A stretch of DNA of 64,000 nucleotides, taken from NCBI GenBank assembly GCA_037310415.1, contig CP147780.1, forward strand, positions 1,504,001 through 1,568,000, in the 5' to 3' direction. The notes beneath the pieces are model-generated. The model was given only the letters and a program-made list of their open reading frames with translations. It was not told the origin of the DNA and searched no databases. Every line of letters starts with the position of its first letter. Within the stretch, counting starts at the first letter, position 1. The translations under genes were made by a program, and so were the position numbers. The stretch is from Candidatus Atabeyarchaeum deiterrae. GTDB lineage: Archaea > Asgardarchaeota > Atabeyarchaeia > Atabeyarchaeales > Atabeyarchaeaceae. Of the stretch, positions 9,298 through 17,268 are shown in pieces.

Positions 9298-10758
9298 CTA
9301 GGTAGGCTTCCTCTTCCACCTTGTTCCTTCTGAACTGTCTTCAAGTACATATCCTATCTTTTCCAGTTTCTCTCTTATCTCATCAGCTTCTTCCCAACGC
9401 CTGCGTCTTCTTGCCTCTTCTCGTCTCTTGATTAAAGTCGCGACATCCTCAGGTAGATCTTCTTGACTTGTGGTTTGCGCCTTACTTATGCTGGATAATC
9501 CAAAGACTGCAGCTAATTCCTTGATTGTTCTTAGAATAAGTTCTAAACCACTTGGACTTGCGTTGCTGCCGAGTGTCTTGTTGGCGAATTTCAGGAGATC
9601 CCTGAATACGACCAACGCCTGGGGACTATTAAAGTCGTTATCCATGGTGTCAACAAATCTATCCTCGATTCTGGTAAGTTCGGCTCTGACTGTTTCAATC
9701 TCCCGGGTTTCCTGATTATGTTGGGCACTAGTAGATACATCTCGGTTCTTTCTCGAAGTTTCGCTGACACTTGTTTCCAATTGCTCTACCGTATTCTTTA
9801 TCCCAGCCAACATGCTTGAAGCATTGTCTAGTGCACGCTCGCTGAACTCGATTGGGGTGCTGTAGCGAGTTGAGATAATGTAAAGCCTGAATGCATCAGG
9901 GTGCCACTTCTTTATGAGATCTCTCACTCTAATGAAGTTGCCCAGTGACTTGGACATCTTTTCTCCATTGATGTTGAGCAACCCAGTATGTAGCCAGTAC
10001 TTTACGAAGGGCTTCTTTCCAGTGGCAGCCTCAGACTGTGCAATCTCATTCTCGTGGTGCGGAAAGATCAGATCCGTGCCACCCCCATGTATCTCTATCT
10101 GCTCACCGATGTACTTCATTGCTAGGGTGGAGCATTCGATGTGCCAACCTGGGCGGCCTCTTCCCCAAGGACTATCAAAGGACAACTCTCCAGGTTTTGC
10201 TGTTTTCCACAGGGCGAAATCCACTGGGTTTCTCTTTCTGTGATCTACTTCAACGCGGGCCCCTGACATGACCTCGGCAGGAGACTGGCGGGATAGAACT
10301 CCATAGTCTTTGAATTTCTCAACGGAGAAGTAAATGTCTCCGTCAGCCTGATAAGCGTATCCTCTTTTCATCAACCTGCCTATCAATTCGATGATATCTG
10401 GTATGTGCTCAGTAACACGAGGGTATGCATCTGCTCTTTCGATTCCAAGTGCATCTAGATCTTTCAGGGATTCTGCTGTGAACTCTGATGCAAGTTCCAG
10501 CGGATCGACACCAAGCGTCCGCGCTTTTGAGATAATCTTATCTTCGACATCGGTGGTATTCTGAATGTAAGTGACATCGTAGCCTCTGAAAATCAAATAG
10601 CGCCTAATCAAGTCGAAAGCAACGTAAGTTCTTGCATGACCTAGATGTACGTAGTCTTGAACCGTCATACCACATACATACATTCCCACCTTTCCTTCAT
10701 TGAAGGGCTTGAACGTCTCCAACTTTCGGGTCAGTCTATTTAGAACCTTCAGAGCCAA
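9298..10758 (-). CDS. cysS: cysteine--tRNA ligase (copy 1)
   Basis: CGMTVQDYVHLGH, GRPGWHIECS, FPHHENE, KMSKS. Confidence 0.94.
   Translation of the reverse strand: MALKVLNRLTRKLETFKPFNEGKVGMYVCGMTVQDYVHLGHARTYVAFDLIRRYLIFRGYDVTYIQNTTDVEDKIISKARTLGVDPLELASEFTAESLKDLDALGIERADAYPRVTEHIPDIIELIGRLMKRGYAYQADGDIYFSVEKFKDYGVLSRQSPAEVMSGARVEVDHRKRNPVDFALWKTAKPGELSFDSPWGRGRPGWHIECSTLAMKYIGEQIEIHGGGTDLIFPHHENEIAQSEAATGKKPFVKYWLHTGLLNINGEKMSKSLGNFIRVRDLIKKWHPDAFRLYIISTRYSTPIEFSERALDNASSMLAGIKNTVEQLETSVSETSRKNRDVSTSAQHNQETREIETVRAELTRIEDRFVDTMDNDFNSPQALVVFRDLLKFANKTLGSNASPSGLELILRTIKELAAVFGLSSISKAQTTSQEDLPEDVATLIKRREEARRRRRWEEADEIREKLEKIGYVLEDSSEGTRWKRKPT
9983..10053. repeat. 71-bp exact repeat, second copy
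   Basis: Identical to 8489-8559. Confidence 0.9.
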
Positions 10759-10975
10759 ATTAGTTCCACTTCTCCTTCATCTCCAGTCTAACACCTCAGC
10801 CACGTATGGGTCGAAAAGAGATAATGAGTCTAGCGAAATCCCTCTCAACCAAGTTGGCTAGAGCCAGTTGCGTGGTGCACTCTGCCAAACGCATCAGGCA
10901 CAACAGTTATACCGACACGAGGCTTTTTGAGTTGACAATTACGACCAACTCAGAGAGAGATTGCACATTTACATA

Positions 10976-11102
10976 TGGAGGGGAGTAGGGGAATCGAACC
11001 CCTGTCGCGGACTATCCACGGTGTGGGTACTGCAGGCCTTAGAGTGAGCTTGGCTAGGTCGGCCAGAAGCTCATCGCCCCTAAGCCACTCGGACAACTCC
11101 CC
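10976..11102 (-). tRNA. tRNA-Cys(GCA) with two introns (28/29, 36 nt, 11074-11039; 37/38, 16 nt, 11029-11014), CCA encoded
   Basis: Spliced product GGGGAGT-TG-TCCG-AGTGGCTT-AGGG-G-CGGGC-CTGCAGA-GTCCG-CGAC-AGGGG-TTCGATT-CCCCT-ACTCCCC-T-CCA is a 75-nt cloverleaf with U73 and G37; relaxed BHB motifs at both junctions; adjacent to cysS genes. Confidence 0.88.
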
Positions 11103-11161
11103 AACATTGCTGATGTACCTCTCCCACGATAGTGAGGTTTATGATTAGTATTTTAAACTTG

Positions 11162-11169
11162 TGGATTTC
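11162..11169. repeat. left target-site duplication TGGATTTC
   Basis: Exact match at 17329-17336, each copy abutting a terminal inverted repeat. Confidence 0.9.
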
Positions 11170-11229
11170 GGTTCTGTCAAGTCTTCGATTGATGCCTAGT
11201 TTTCCTCTCCCTGTAAAGTTTCGGTTGAT
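11170..11229 (+). repeat. left end: terminal IR plus subterminal copy 36 bp inward
   Basis: CTGTCAAGTCTTCGATTGAT (ends 11193) and CTGTAAAGTTTCGGTTGAT (ends 11229). Confidence 0.85.
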
Positions 11230-11313
11230 ATCCTTGTTAATTTGGCCTAGGATGAGAAATAGCATTAACCGTCGTAGGATGCTATCAAAAATCGGTCTCA
11301 CGGGACTAGATTC

Positions 11314-11883
11314 TCAGAGTGTGTTGTCACATTTTGCGCAGAGGTGTCTTTTTGAAGAGATAATAGTTGCCGCCTCTTTACCACATCTCTCACAAATATA
11401 GGGGACTATTCCAAACTCGTCTTTGCCGTTTGGTTCTCTTAACCCCTTTTTGACTTCGTAAAGATACTTATTGAACCTTACAAAATCTCTTTCAGGCCTG
11501 AAACTTCCCCATTCTCTTAGTTTTCTGCTTTCTTCATCCTCCCTTATGAAGACCATATCAAACAGAGCATCTTTTCCCTCGTTCTCATTGCTAACCCCGT
11601 ACGCTATCACTGTATATTCTTCTCCGTTAACTCTGAATGAAACCTCATCCCAAAGTGGGTATCCACCGTTGATATCAAGAGATCCTCTCTGTTCATGCTC
11701 TATCAGTTTTTCTGCGCTCACTCTATCCATTGTATTCTCAAAACTGTTGTTTTCAAGAAGATACTGTGCTTCAAACCAGAAAGCAATATTATCATATGGG
11801 CCTTCCCACAATCTGTCTTCCTTAGGAATCTCAGTTACTATTCTTCTAAACCTTTGCAATTTCTCTGCATATTCTTTGTCCAT
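11314..11883 (-). CDS. hypothetical protein with C-terminal Zn finger (transposon cargo)
   Basis: 189-aa ORF, CERC...CAKC, purine-rich RBS; last gene of the cargo operon. Confidence 0.7.
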   Translation of the reverse strand: MDKEYAEKLQRFRRIVTEIPKEDRLWEGPYDNIAFWFEAQYLLENNSFENTMDRVSAEKLIEHEQRGSLDINGGYPLWDEVSFRVNGEEYTVIAYGVSNENEGKDALFDMVFIREDEESRKLREWGSFRPERDFVRFNKYLYEVKKGLREPNGKDEFGIVPYICERCGKEAATIISSKRHLCAKCDNTL

Positions 11884-11911
11884 CTTGCAGTGTCGCTCTC
11901 CTAACTAACCC

Positions 11912-12667
11912 TTACAACATTAATAGGCCTCCATTCTTTTTCAGCATGAACATTCTGCCTTCTTCCATCGATCCATTATGCCTAATACTGAATGGCCTAG
12001 GAATACCGATGTCCGTCCAGTATCTCGGTTTGGTCATGATTTCTTCAGCGGCGAGTATTCCACTAGCACCTATCTCTGACCAACCTTTTTTCTCAGTAAT
12101 AATCCATTCCGTAGAAAGTGTTGATCTGATCTTCAAAAGCTCACGCTCTGACATAGTAAAGCCATGGCTAAGAAGTTGTCCTTTAATGATCCTATAAGGG
12201 TTGACTATATCGGGTATCCCAGACATCTGCCGCTTTCTATGTACCATATTACTGTAAGCATTCTGCCTATAGAAAATCTGAGCACTACCGTCCAACTCTT
12301 TCAGTGATGCTAGACTGCCCTTGATTGGTTCCGTAACTCCACGGGTCTTAATCACCACATCTGGCACTTCACCAGAAACCCCAAGAATGTCCTCAAGAAT
12401 TTCCTTTTGTGTCACTGGTGCTACATCATCAGGCTCTGGGTTCCCCATCTGATAGCAATACTTATCGACATCGTATGGATGCTTCACTATTTCGCCAAAT
12501 GTCGTCCTCTTCTCGCTAATTCTCCTAGTATTGACTTGAGATACTTCTGCCCCACACCAGAAAAGCTCTGTCTTCTTTTCACCGACGTCACACTGCTTCC
12601 TTAACAAGGGTAGAAAATCCATTCGCCTTATCCATGAATCTGGATATGGTTTAATTTCTACACTCAT
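11912..12667 (-). CDS. hypothetical protein (transposon cargo)
   Basis: 251-aa ORF with strong GGAGG RBS, co-oriented with neighbours; no family recognised. Confidence 0.7.
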   Translation of the reverse strand: MSVEIKPYPDSWIRRMDFLPLLRKQCDVGEKKTELFWCGAEVSQVNTRRISEKRTTFGEIVKHPYDVDKYCYQMGNPEPDDVAPVTQKEILEDILGVSGEVPDVVIKTRGVTEPIKGSLASLKELDGSAQIFYRQNAYSNMVHRKRQMSGIPDIVNPYRIIKGQLLSHGFTMSERELLKIRSTLSTEWIITEKKGWSEIGASGILAAEEIMTKPRYWTDIGIPRPFSIRHNGSMEEGRMFMLKKNGGLLML

Positions 12668-12718
12668 TTCTTCCCCCTCCGTACTGAACTCTTCCTTCTA
12701 TTCCTTCAGATGGTTTGT

Positions 12719-14059
12719 TTATTTCTTCATCTTCTCAGAGAGTCCTTTCTCAGCGGTTCTTAACTTAGCTAGTTGTTCCACACGCATCTTTTCGTATGCC
12801 TTCTCTGCCTGTGTTATCCTGACATTGTGGCATAGCCAGCCTAGATGGTTCGGCTCACCGCAGACTGGACAAAATAACGCTTTATCGTCTACATGATCCA
12901 GAGCCTTCTGTGCCTCAATAGTTCTGGACCAAGCTTGGTACTCTGGAAGCATCTTCTTTGCGAGGAGTTCTATTTGACTCTCCCTAGATGCATCCACTAT
13001 AGCTTTGACTCTCTCTGGTGAGTAAATCTCTCTTGCTTCCTCAACACTGGTCTTAATCTCGTCTACACGCTTCAGTTGTTCATCCTTAGATTGCTTGGTT
13101 GCATCCAACTCATTCAGGACTCTCTCATGGAACTCCCTTGGAAGTTCTGAAACAACCTTCCCAACAACCTCTGGCTCCATACCACTCTTCGGGTTGATGG
13201 TGGCTTCAATGACTCTGCGTGGCGCACCAGACTTCTCAGCTTCCTTTATGATCTTTGGAATCGCCTGAATGCTATCTGCTTCTAGCCCTGACGCACGTTT
13301 GACAAGCCTTTCCTTATCCTTCGTTGGCAAACTCTGAATCTCTGGAGTCTTCGAGATCTTCACAAGTGTTTCTATTTGTTCTCCCTTTTTTATCTCACCA
13401 GAACCAAGAGCTTTGAATGCCTCTTTCCTCATAGTCTCATCCACAATCCGATCTGCGTCTCTTATGGAGGTAACTCCTACTATGCCATCCTCCACAAGTT
13501 TCCATTGTTCAGGATGCCCCAAAAGTTTGATGTAGATGTTGATTGTCGTTCGCGGCACTCCAATATCGTTTGAAAGCTCGGATTGACCCTGTGGCTTAGT
13601 TCCACCCTCTCCACCTTTTTTCGCATCTGCTAAGCTTAGCAGATGCTCCCGATCCTTCTCATACATCTTCTTGACTTCTGCGATGGTGTGGAACTTACCA
13701 CTGTTGATATTCACGACACCCGTTGCATACGCCCACATGCGGTCTAACTCGTTCAGACTTTTCCTTAACGCATCATCTGCGAGCTGACGCTCAAACCATT
13801 GTTGATCAGACAACCCAACTTTCTTTCGTACTGGGACTTTGACACCAACTTTTATCGCCGCTAAAACTCGATTGTGGCCTCTACGAATCATATTATGCTC
13901 ATCAACCTCTATCGGCTCTATTACTCCTTGATGCTTGTAGTTCTCTGAGAGACTAGCTATGAAGTCTTGGTCAAAGACTGTTCTTGGGTTGTTTGGATCA
14001 GACTTCAGAGATTTCGGATCGGTATAGTTTATTTCAATTCTCGATTCGGGTTCAGCCAT
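12719..14059 (-). CDS. ParB/Srx N-terminal-domain protein with HTH-like segment and helical C-terminus
   Basis: DPNNPR...GVIEPIEVD...GHNRVLAA ParB-N motifs; QSELSNDIGVPRTTI HTH; CPVC near the C-terminus. Confidence 0.78.
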   Translation of the reverse strand: MAEPESRIEINYTDPKSLKSDPNNPRTVFDQDFIASLSENYKHQGVIEPIEVDEHNMIRRGHNRVLAAIKVGVKVPVRKKVGLSDQQWFERQLADDALRKSLNELDRMWAYATGVVNINSGKFHTIAEVKKMYEKDREHLLSLADAKKGGEGGTKPQGQSELSNDIGVPRTTINIYIKLLGHPEQWKLVEDGIVGVTSIRDADRIVDETMRKEAFKALGSGEIKKGEQIETLVKISKTPEIQSLPTKDKERLVKRASGLEADSIQAIPKIIKEAEKSGAPRRVIEATINPKSGMEPEVVGKVVSELPREFHERVLNELDATKQSKDEQLKRVDEIKTSVEEAREIYSPERVKAIVDASRESQIELLAKKMLPEYQAWSRTIEAQKALDHVDDKALFCPVCGEPNHLGWLCHNVRITQAEKAYEKMRVEQLAKLRTAEKGLSEKMKK

Positions 14060-14207
14060 TTCCTAATTCACCTTTTGAGCATTTTTTTACCATTTCAATG
14101 AGCTTCTTGATTATAATATCGTAGGTGTCACCTTTTTTACCCATGTCTGCGAGGATTTCGCGTGTCTCCTTTGAAATTTGAATGGTGGTTATGTCTTCTC
14201 TATTCAT
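14052..14207 (-). CDS. small ribbon-helix-helix DNA-binding protein (51 aa)
   Basis: Below ORF-track cutoff; MNREDITTIQISKETREILADMGKKGDTYDIIIKKLIE; stop overlaps the ParB-like start. Confidence 0.8.
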   Translation of the reverse strand: MNREDITTIQISKETREILADMGKKGDTYDIIIKKLIEMVKKCSKGELGNG

Positions 14208-14213
14208 TTATAT

Positions 14214-14303
14214 CGCCTGTAGATTCTATAGGCGTTATTTCCATTTAAGTTTTTCCGTAGTCCCCATAACACTTATATGCCATAGTGGCTATAGTTACTA
14301 TGG
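14214..14303. promoter_or_regulatory. divergent promoter region with two palindromic operators
   Basis: CGCCTGTAGA-T-TCTATAGGCG (14214-14234) and CCATAGTGGCTA-TAGTTACTATGG (14280-14303), each just downstream of a TATA-like box on its own strand. Confidence 0.55.
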
Positions 14304-15469
14304 TGATGAAGATGTTGACTCTGCAAGAGCTTGAGAAAGTCCGTGAAGAAAGAGGCTTAGAAATCGCGAAGGCAAAGGAAACCCAAGTAACTCGAATTGA
14401 TGATGCCAGTTACAAGGTTCTCTCCCAGAGTGGCAACGGAGCTTACCTCGTCTCTCTTACTGAGGATGGATGGGTGTGCGAGTGCCCAGACTACGGGTTC
14501 AGAGGGGTTAAATGTAAGCACATCTGGGCTGTGGAGATCAGCATCACCCTCAAGGAACAAGTTAGGAAGAATGTTGTCCTTGAGGAGGTTACGGTTTCAA
14601 AGTGCCTCTTCTGCCACTCCGAGAACATAAAGAAGTTTGGAGTCAGACGAAACAAGAGCGGCGGTATTCAGCGTTTCCTCTGTGGTGCATGTGGAAGGAC
14701 TTTCAGCGTGAACATAGGCTTCGAGAAGATGAAGCATAATCCTCAAGCCGTCACGTCAGCTATGCAACTATACTTTAGCGGTGAATCTCTGCGTAACACT
14801 ATGAGGTCTCTGAGGTTGCTGGGTGTCGGCGTTTCACATCAGACGGTTTACAACTGGATTAGCAAGTACGTGAAGCTGATGAAGGAATACGTTGAGAAAC
14901 TAACTCCTAATGTGGGCGATACATGGAGAGCCGATGAGCTATACGTGAAAATCAAAGGTGACATGAAGTACCTGTTTGCCTTAATGGATGATGAGACACG
15001 GTTTTGGATTGCTCAAGAGATAGCCGACACCAAGTATAGACACGATGCGGGAAACCTCTTCCGAAAGGGAAAGGAACTCACGGGGAAGAAGCCTCTAACC
15101 CTGATAACGGATGGTCTCTCAGCTTATCACCTTGCGTACAAGAAGGAGTTTTACACGAACTCCAAACCGAGAACGGAGCACATCCAACACATCACTATTA
15201 GAGGAGACCATAACAATAACAAGATGGAGAGGTTCAACGGAGAAATCAGAGGCAGAGAAAAAGTCATAAGAGGACTAAAGAAAAGCAACACGCCAATCCT
15301 TAAAGGCTACCAAGTATTTCACAACTTCATAAAACCACACGAAGGATTAGACGGCAAGACCCCTGCGGAAGCCTGCGGGATTGAGGTCAAGGGGGACAAT
15401 AAGTGGATAACTCTGATCAAAAACGCAACCCAGATGACGAAAGTTGACAGGAAGACGGAGAACACCTAG
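14285..15469 (+). CDS. IS6/IS240-like DDE transposase with N-terminal SWIM Zn finger and Zn ribbon
   Basis: SWIM CECPD...CKH; CLFC...CGAC; HTH VSHQTVYNWI; WRADE, ITDG, NNKMERFN; TPAEACG. True start may be the ATG at 14312. Confidence 0.92.
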   Translation: MAIVTMVMKMLTLQELEKVREERGLEIAKAKETQVTRIDDASYKVLSQSGNGAYLVSLTEDGWVCECPDYGFRGVKCKHIWAVEISITLKEQVRKNVVLEEVTVSKCLFCHSENIKKFGVRRNKSGGIQRFLCGACGRTFSVNIGFEKMKHNPQAVTSAMQLYFSGESLRNTMRSLRLLGVGVSHQTVYNWISKYVKLMKEYVEKLTPNVGDTWRADELYVKIKGDMKYLFALMDDETRFWIAQEIADTKYRHDAGNLFRKGKELTGKKPLTLITDGLSAYHLAYKKEFYTNSKPRTEHIQHITIRGDHNNNKMERFNGEIRGREKVIRGLKKSNTPILKGYQVFHNFIKPHEGLDGKTPAEACGIEVKGDNKWITLIKNATQMTKVDRKTENT

Positions 15470-15491
15470 ATGGCGAATACTTGACAGAACC
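15432..15491 (-). repeat. internal right-end copy (IR plus subterminal site, 36 bp apart)
   Basis: Reverse complement GGTTCTGTCAAGTATTCG matches the left IR 17/18; paired sites agatgacgaaagttgacag (15432) and agatggcgaatacttgacag (15468). Confidence 0.85.
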
Positions 15492-15770
15492 AATTCTAGC
15501 CCCTTTGAAGTAAGCTCAGCTTTTTGGACAATAAGAACAACGCAACCAACCCCAGAAGGCGCATGGTAAGCATGTAAAGACTTAAATACCCTGAGCTGCC
15601 TAAAAATCAAACATATAGGAAGATACATGCGCGTTTACTTCATTTTAGGCGGGAAGGGAGTAGTTGAACTTGGCTGGAGCGCGTGTGCTAAATTGTAAAG
15701 CAACGCATATCCACCTCGGATGGGGATTATTCTGAAACTAACCAGAATCAAGATACTAAGTTGATGAATT

Positions 15771-16412
15771 ATGACTAGAACGCTTAAAGAAAAGGCTATA
15801 GACTATTTTCTTACCCTTTATTTGGTTGATGATGCGTTCTCTCGCTTGAAAATAGGTTTTCTACCTGACACGAAATTGCAGAAATTAGTTTTCCTATCAG
15901 AAAAGTCGATGATTCATGAACGCGAGAAAGGATTCAATTTCAATTTTATCAAGCTCACGCATGGCCCATTCAGTCAAGAGCTTAAGACTAGTTATGACAA
16001 TCTATCTCAAATAGGAATCCTAGGCGAGTTTGGATTAACACCAACAACTAATTCCAAAATAATTTTAGAGGATTTTCAAGAGATAATCAAAAGAAATACG
16101 ACATTCTTTCAGAAAATCACAACCGTGAACAACGATTTTGCTAGAATGCCACTAGAAGAACTTCTCAAGATAATATACGCAATGCCATGGGGTGGAAAAG
16201 ACCAGACCATTGCAGATCTACAACCACGGACACCCATGCTTTACCCATTGAAACCGAACAATGTCAAAATCGAATTTGAATTGACAAATGACGATGTTGA
16301 AAACTTGCTCATGAATTTTGACGTCAAAACAGTCAAAATGTCACTCCAAGCGATGAAAGAAATGAGAGCTGGGGGTTTGCTTACTCATGAGCAGGTCTTC
16401 TCCAATCTATAA
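15771..16412 (+). CDS. Panacea (DUF4065/SocA-like) domain antitoxin with RelB-like C-terminal tail
   Basis: TKLQKLVFL...FIKLTHGPFSQEL motif; tail AMKEMRAGGLLTHEQVF. Confidence 0.7.
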   Translation: MTRTLKEKAIDYFLTLYLVDDAFSRLKIGFLPDTKLQKLVFLSEKSMIHEREKGFNFNFIKLTHGPFSQELKTSYDNLSQIGILGEFGLTPTTNSKIILEDFQEIIKRNTTFFQKITTVNNDFARMPLEELLKIIYAMPWGGKDQTIADLQPRTPMLYPLKPNNVKIEFELTNDDVENLLMNFDVKTVKMSLQAMKEMRAGGLLTHEQVFSNL

Positions 16413-16719
16413 GGATGTGTATACACCTCTTTTTGTTAGCCAGCTTGAGAAACTTGAGAAGAAAGCTAGGGTACGCGCGGAACATATAAGAGACGAGACA
16501 CAAGCCATTCTCGTTGACCCCTATAGGAACATAAAGTTTGGCAAAGCCATATACCGCGGAAAAAGAGAATGGAAAGTTGACGGCGATAGAATACTCTTTG
16601 TTGTATGTAAGCAATGCAGGAAATTGGGCCATCAGAAGTACAATTTATGTGGCGACTGTGAAAGTACTGCTGATGAGACTGTTGTGTTCGCATCTATTGT
16701 AGAAAGCCACAATTACTAA
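16387..16719 (+). CDS. RelE/ParE-like toxin with inserted Cys4 Zn-binding motif
   Basis: YTPLFVSQLEKL...DPY...REWKVDGDRILF, CKQC...CGDC, terminal H-x-Y; overlaps the antitoxin gene. Confidence 0.65.
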   Translation: MSRSSPIYKDVYTPLFVSQLEKLEKKARVRAEHIRDETQAILVDPYRNIKFGKAIYRGKREWKVDGDRILFVVCKQCRKLGHQKYNLCGDCESTADETVVFASIVESHNY

Positions 16720-16792
16720 GCTTGAACCTGTTTTAGGGTCTTCACGTAGGCGCGCTTAACCATATCGTCAATCGTTTTTCACCGCATTTTGC

Positions 16793-16851
16793 ATCAACCG
16801 AAGGGTAACACCCTCACACATCACTCAGATCAACCGCAGAGGTAAATCACC
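16793..16851 (-). repeat. degenerate internal right-end-like site pair
   Basis: ATCAACCG at 16793 and 16829 (36 bp apart), same core and spacing as the outer right end (17269/17305). Confidence 0.6.
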
Positions 16852-17250
16852 TTGGGTAATGTGGCAAAAAAGAAACTATCAACCAAAGAAATCGAAAATA
16901 AGGCAATAGAATGCGTAGAGGGTTATCTGAAGAGCAGGGGAGAAAAGCCAGAAATCACTAAGAAAGGCATCGATGTTATTTCTGGCGAAAAATGGATTGA
17001 AGTTAAGGGAAGTATGAAAAAGGAAACCAATCTAAGAACAACATGGCAAACATTAAAATATGTTGAGAAAAACGATAAACTCCGTGATTTCTTCATTTAC
17101 TATGTCTTTGACATGGAATCAGGGAATCCGAAACTGCTGATTTTCGATCATGATACCTTCGAGAAATATAAACTCAAAGAAATAAGATGGATAATACAAC
17201 CCAGGAAGATAATAAGGGAAACAGGTAAACCTGAGATAATTCGATTGTGA
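16852..17250 (+). CDS. stand-alone PD-(D/E)xK nuclease, DUF3883-like
   Basis: IENKAIE...GIDVIS...IEVKG...FFIYYV pattern. Confidence 0.65.
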   Translation: MGNVAKKKLSTKEIENKAIECVEGYLKSRGEKPEITKKGIDVISGEKWIEVKGSMKKETNLRTTWQTLKYVEKNDKLRDFFIYYVFDMESGNPKLLIFDHDTFEKYKLKEIRWIIQPRKIIRETGKPEIIRL

Positions 17251-17268
17251 AAACTACCTGATAGTACC

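Noticed and set aside
11006-11020. Apparent long variable arm (CGTGGA/TCCGCG) suggesting an exotic type-II or selC*-like tRNA-Cys
   Set aside because: That fold leaves two C-A mismatches in the anticodon stem. Treating 11029-11014 as a canonical 37/38 intron gives a fully paired stem and a standard 75-nt tRNA.
11170-15491. Shorter 4.3-kb element ending at the IR next to the transposase
   Set aside because: Its right flank (AATTCTAG) does not match the left TGGATTTC; the TSD is found only at 17329-17336.
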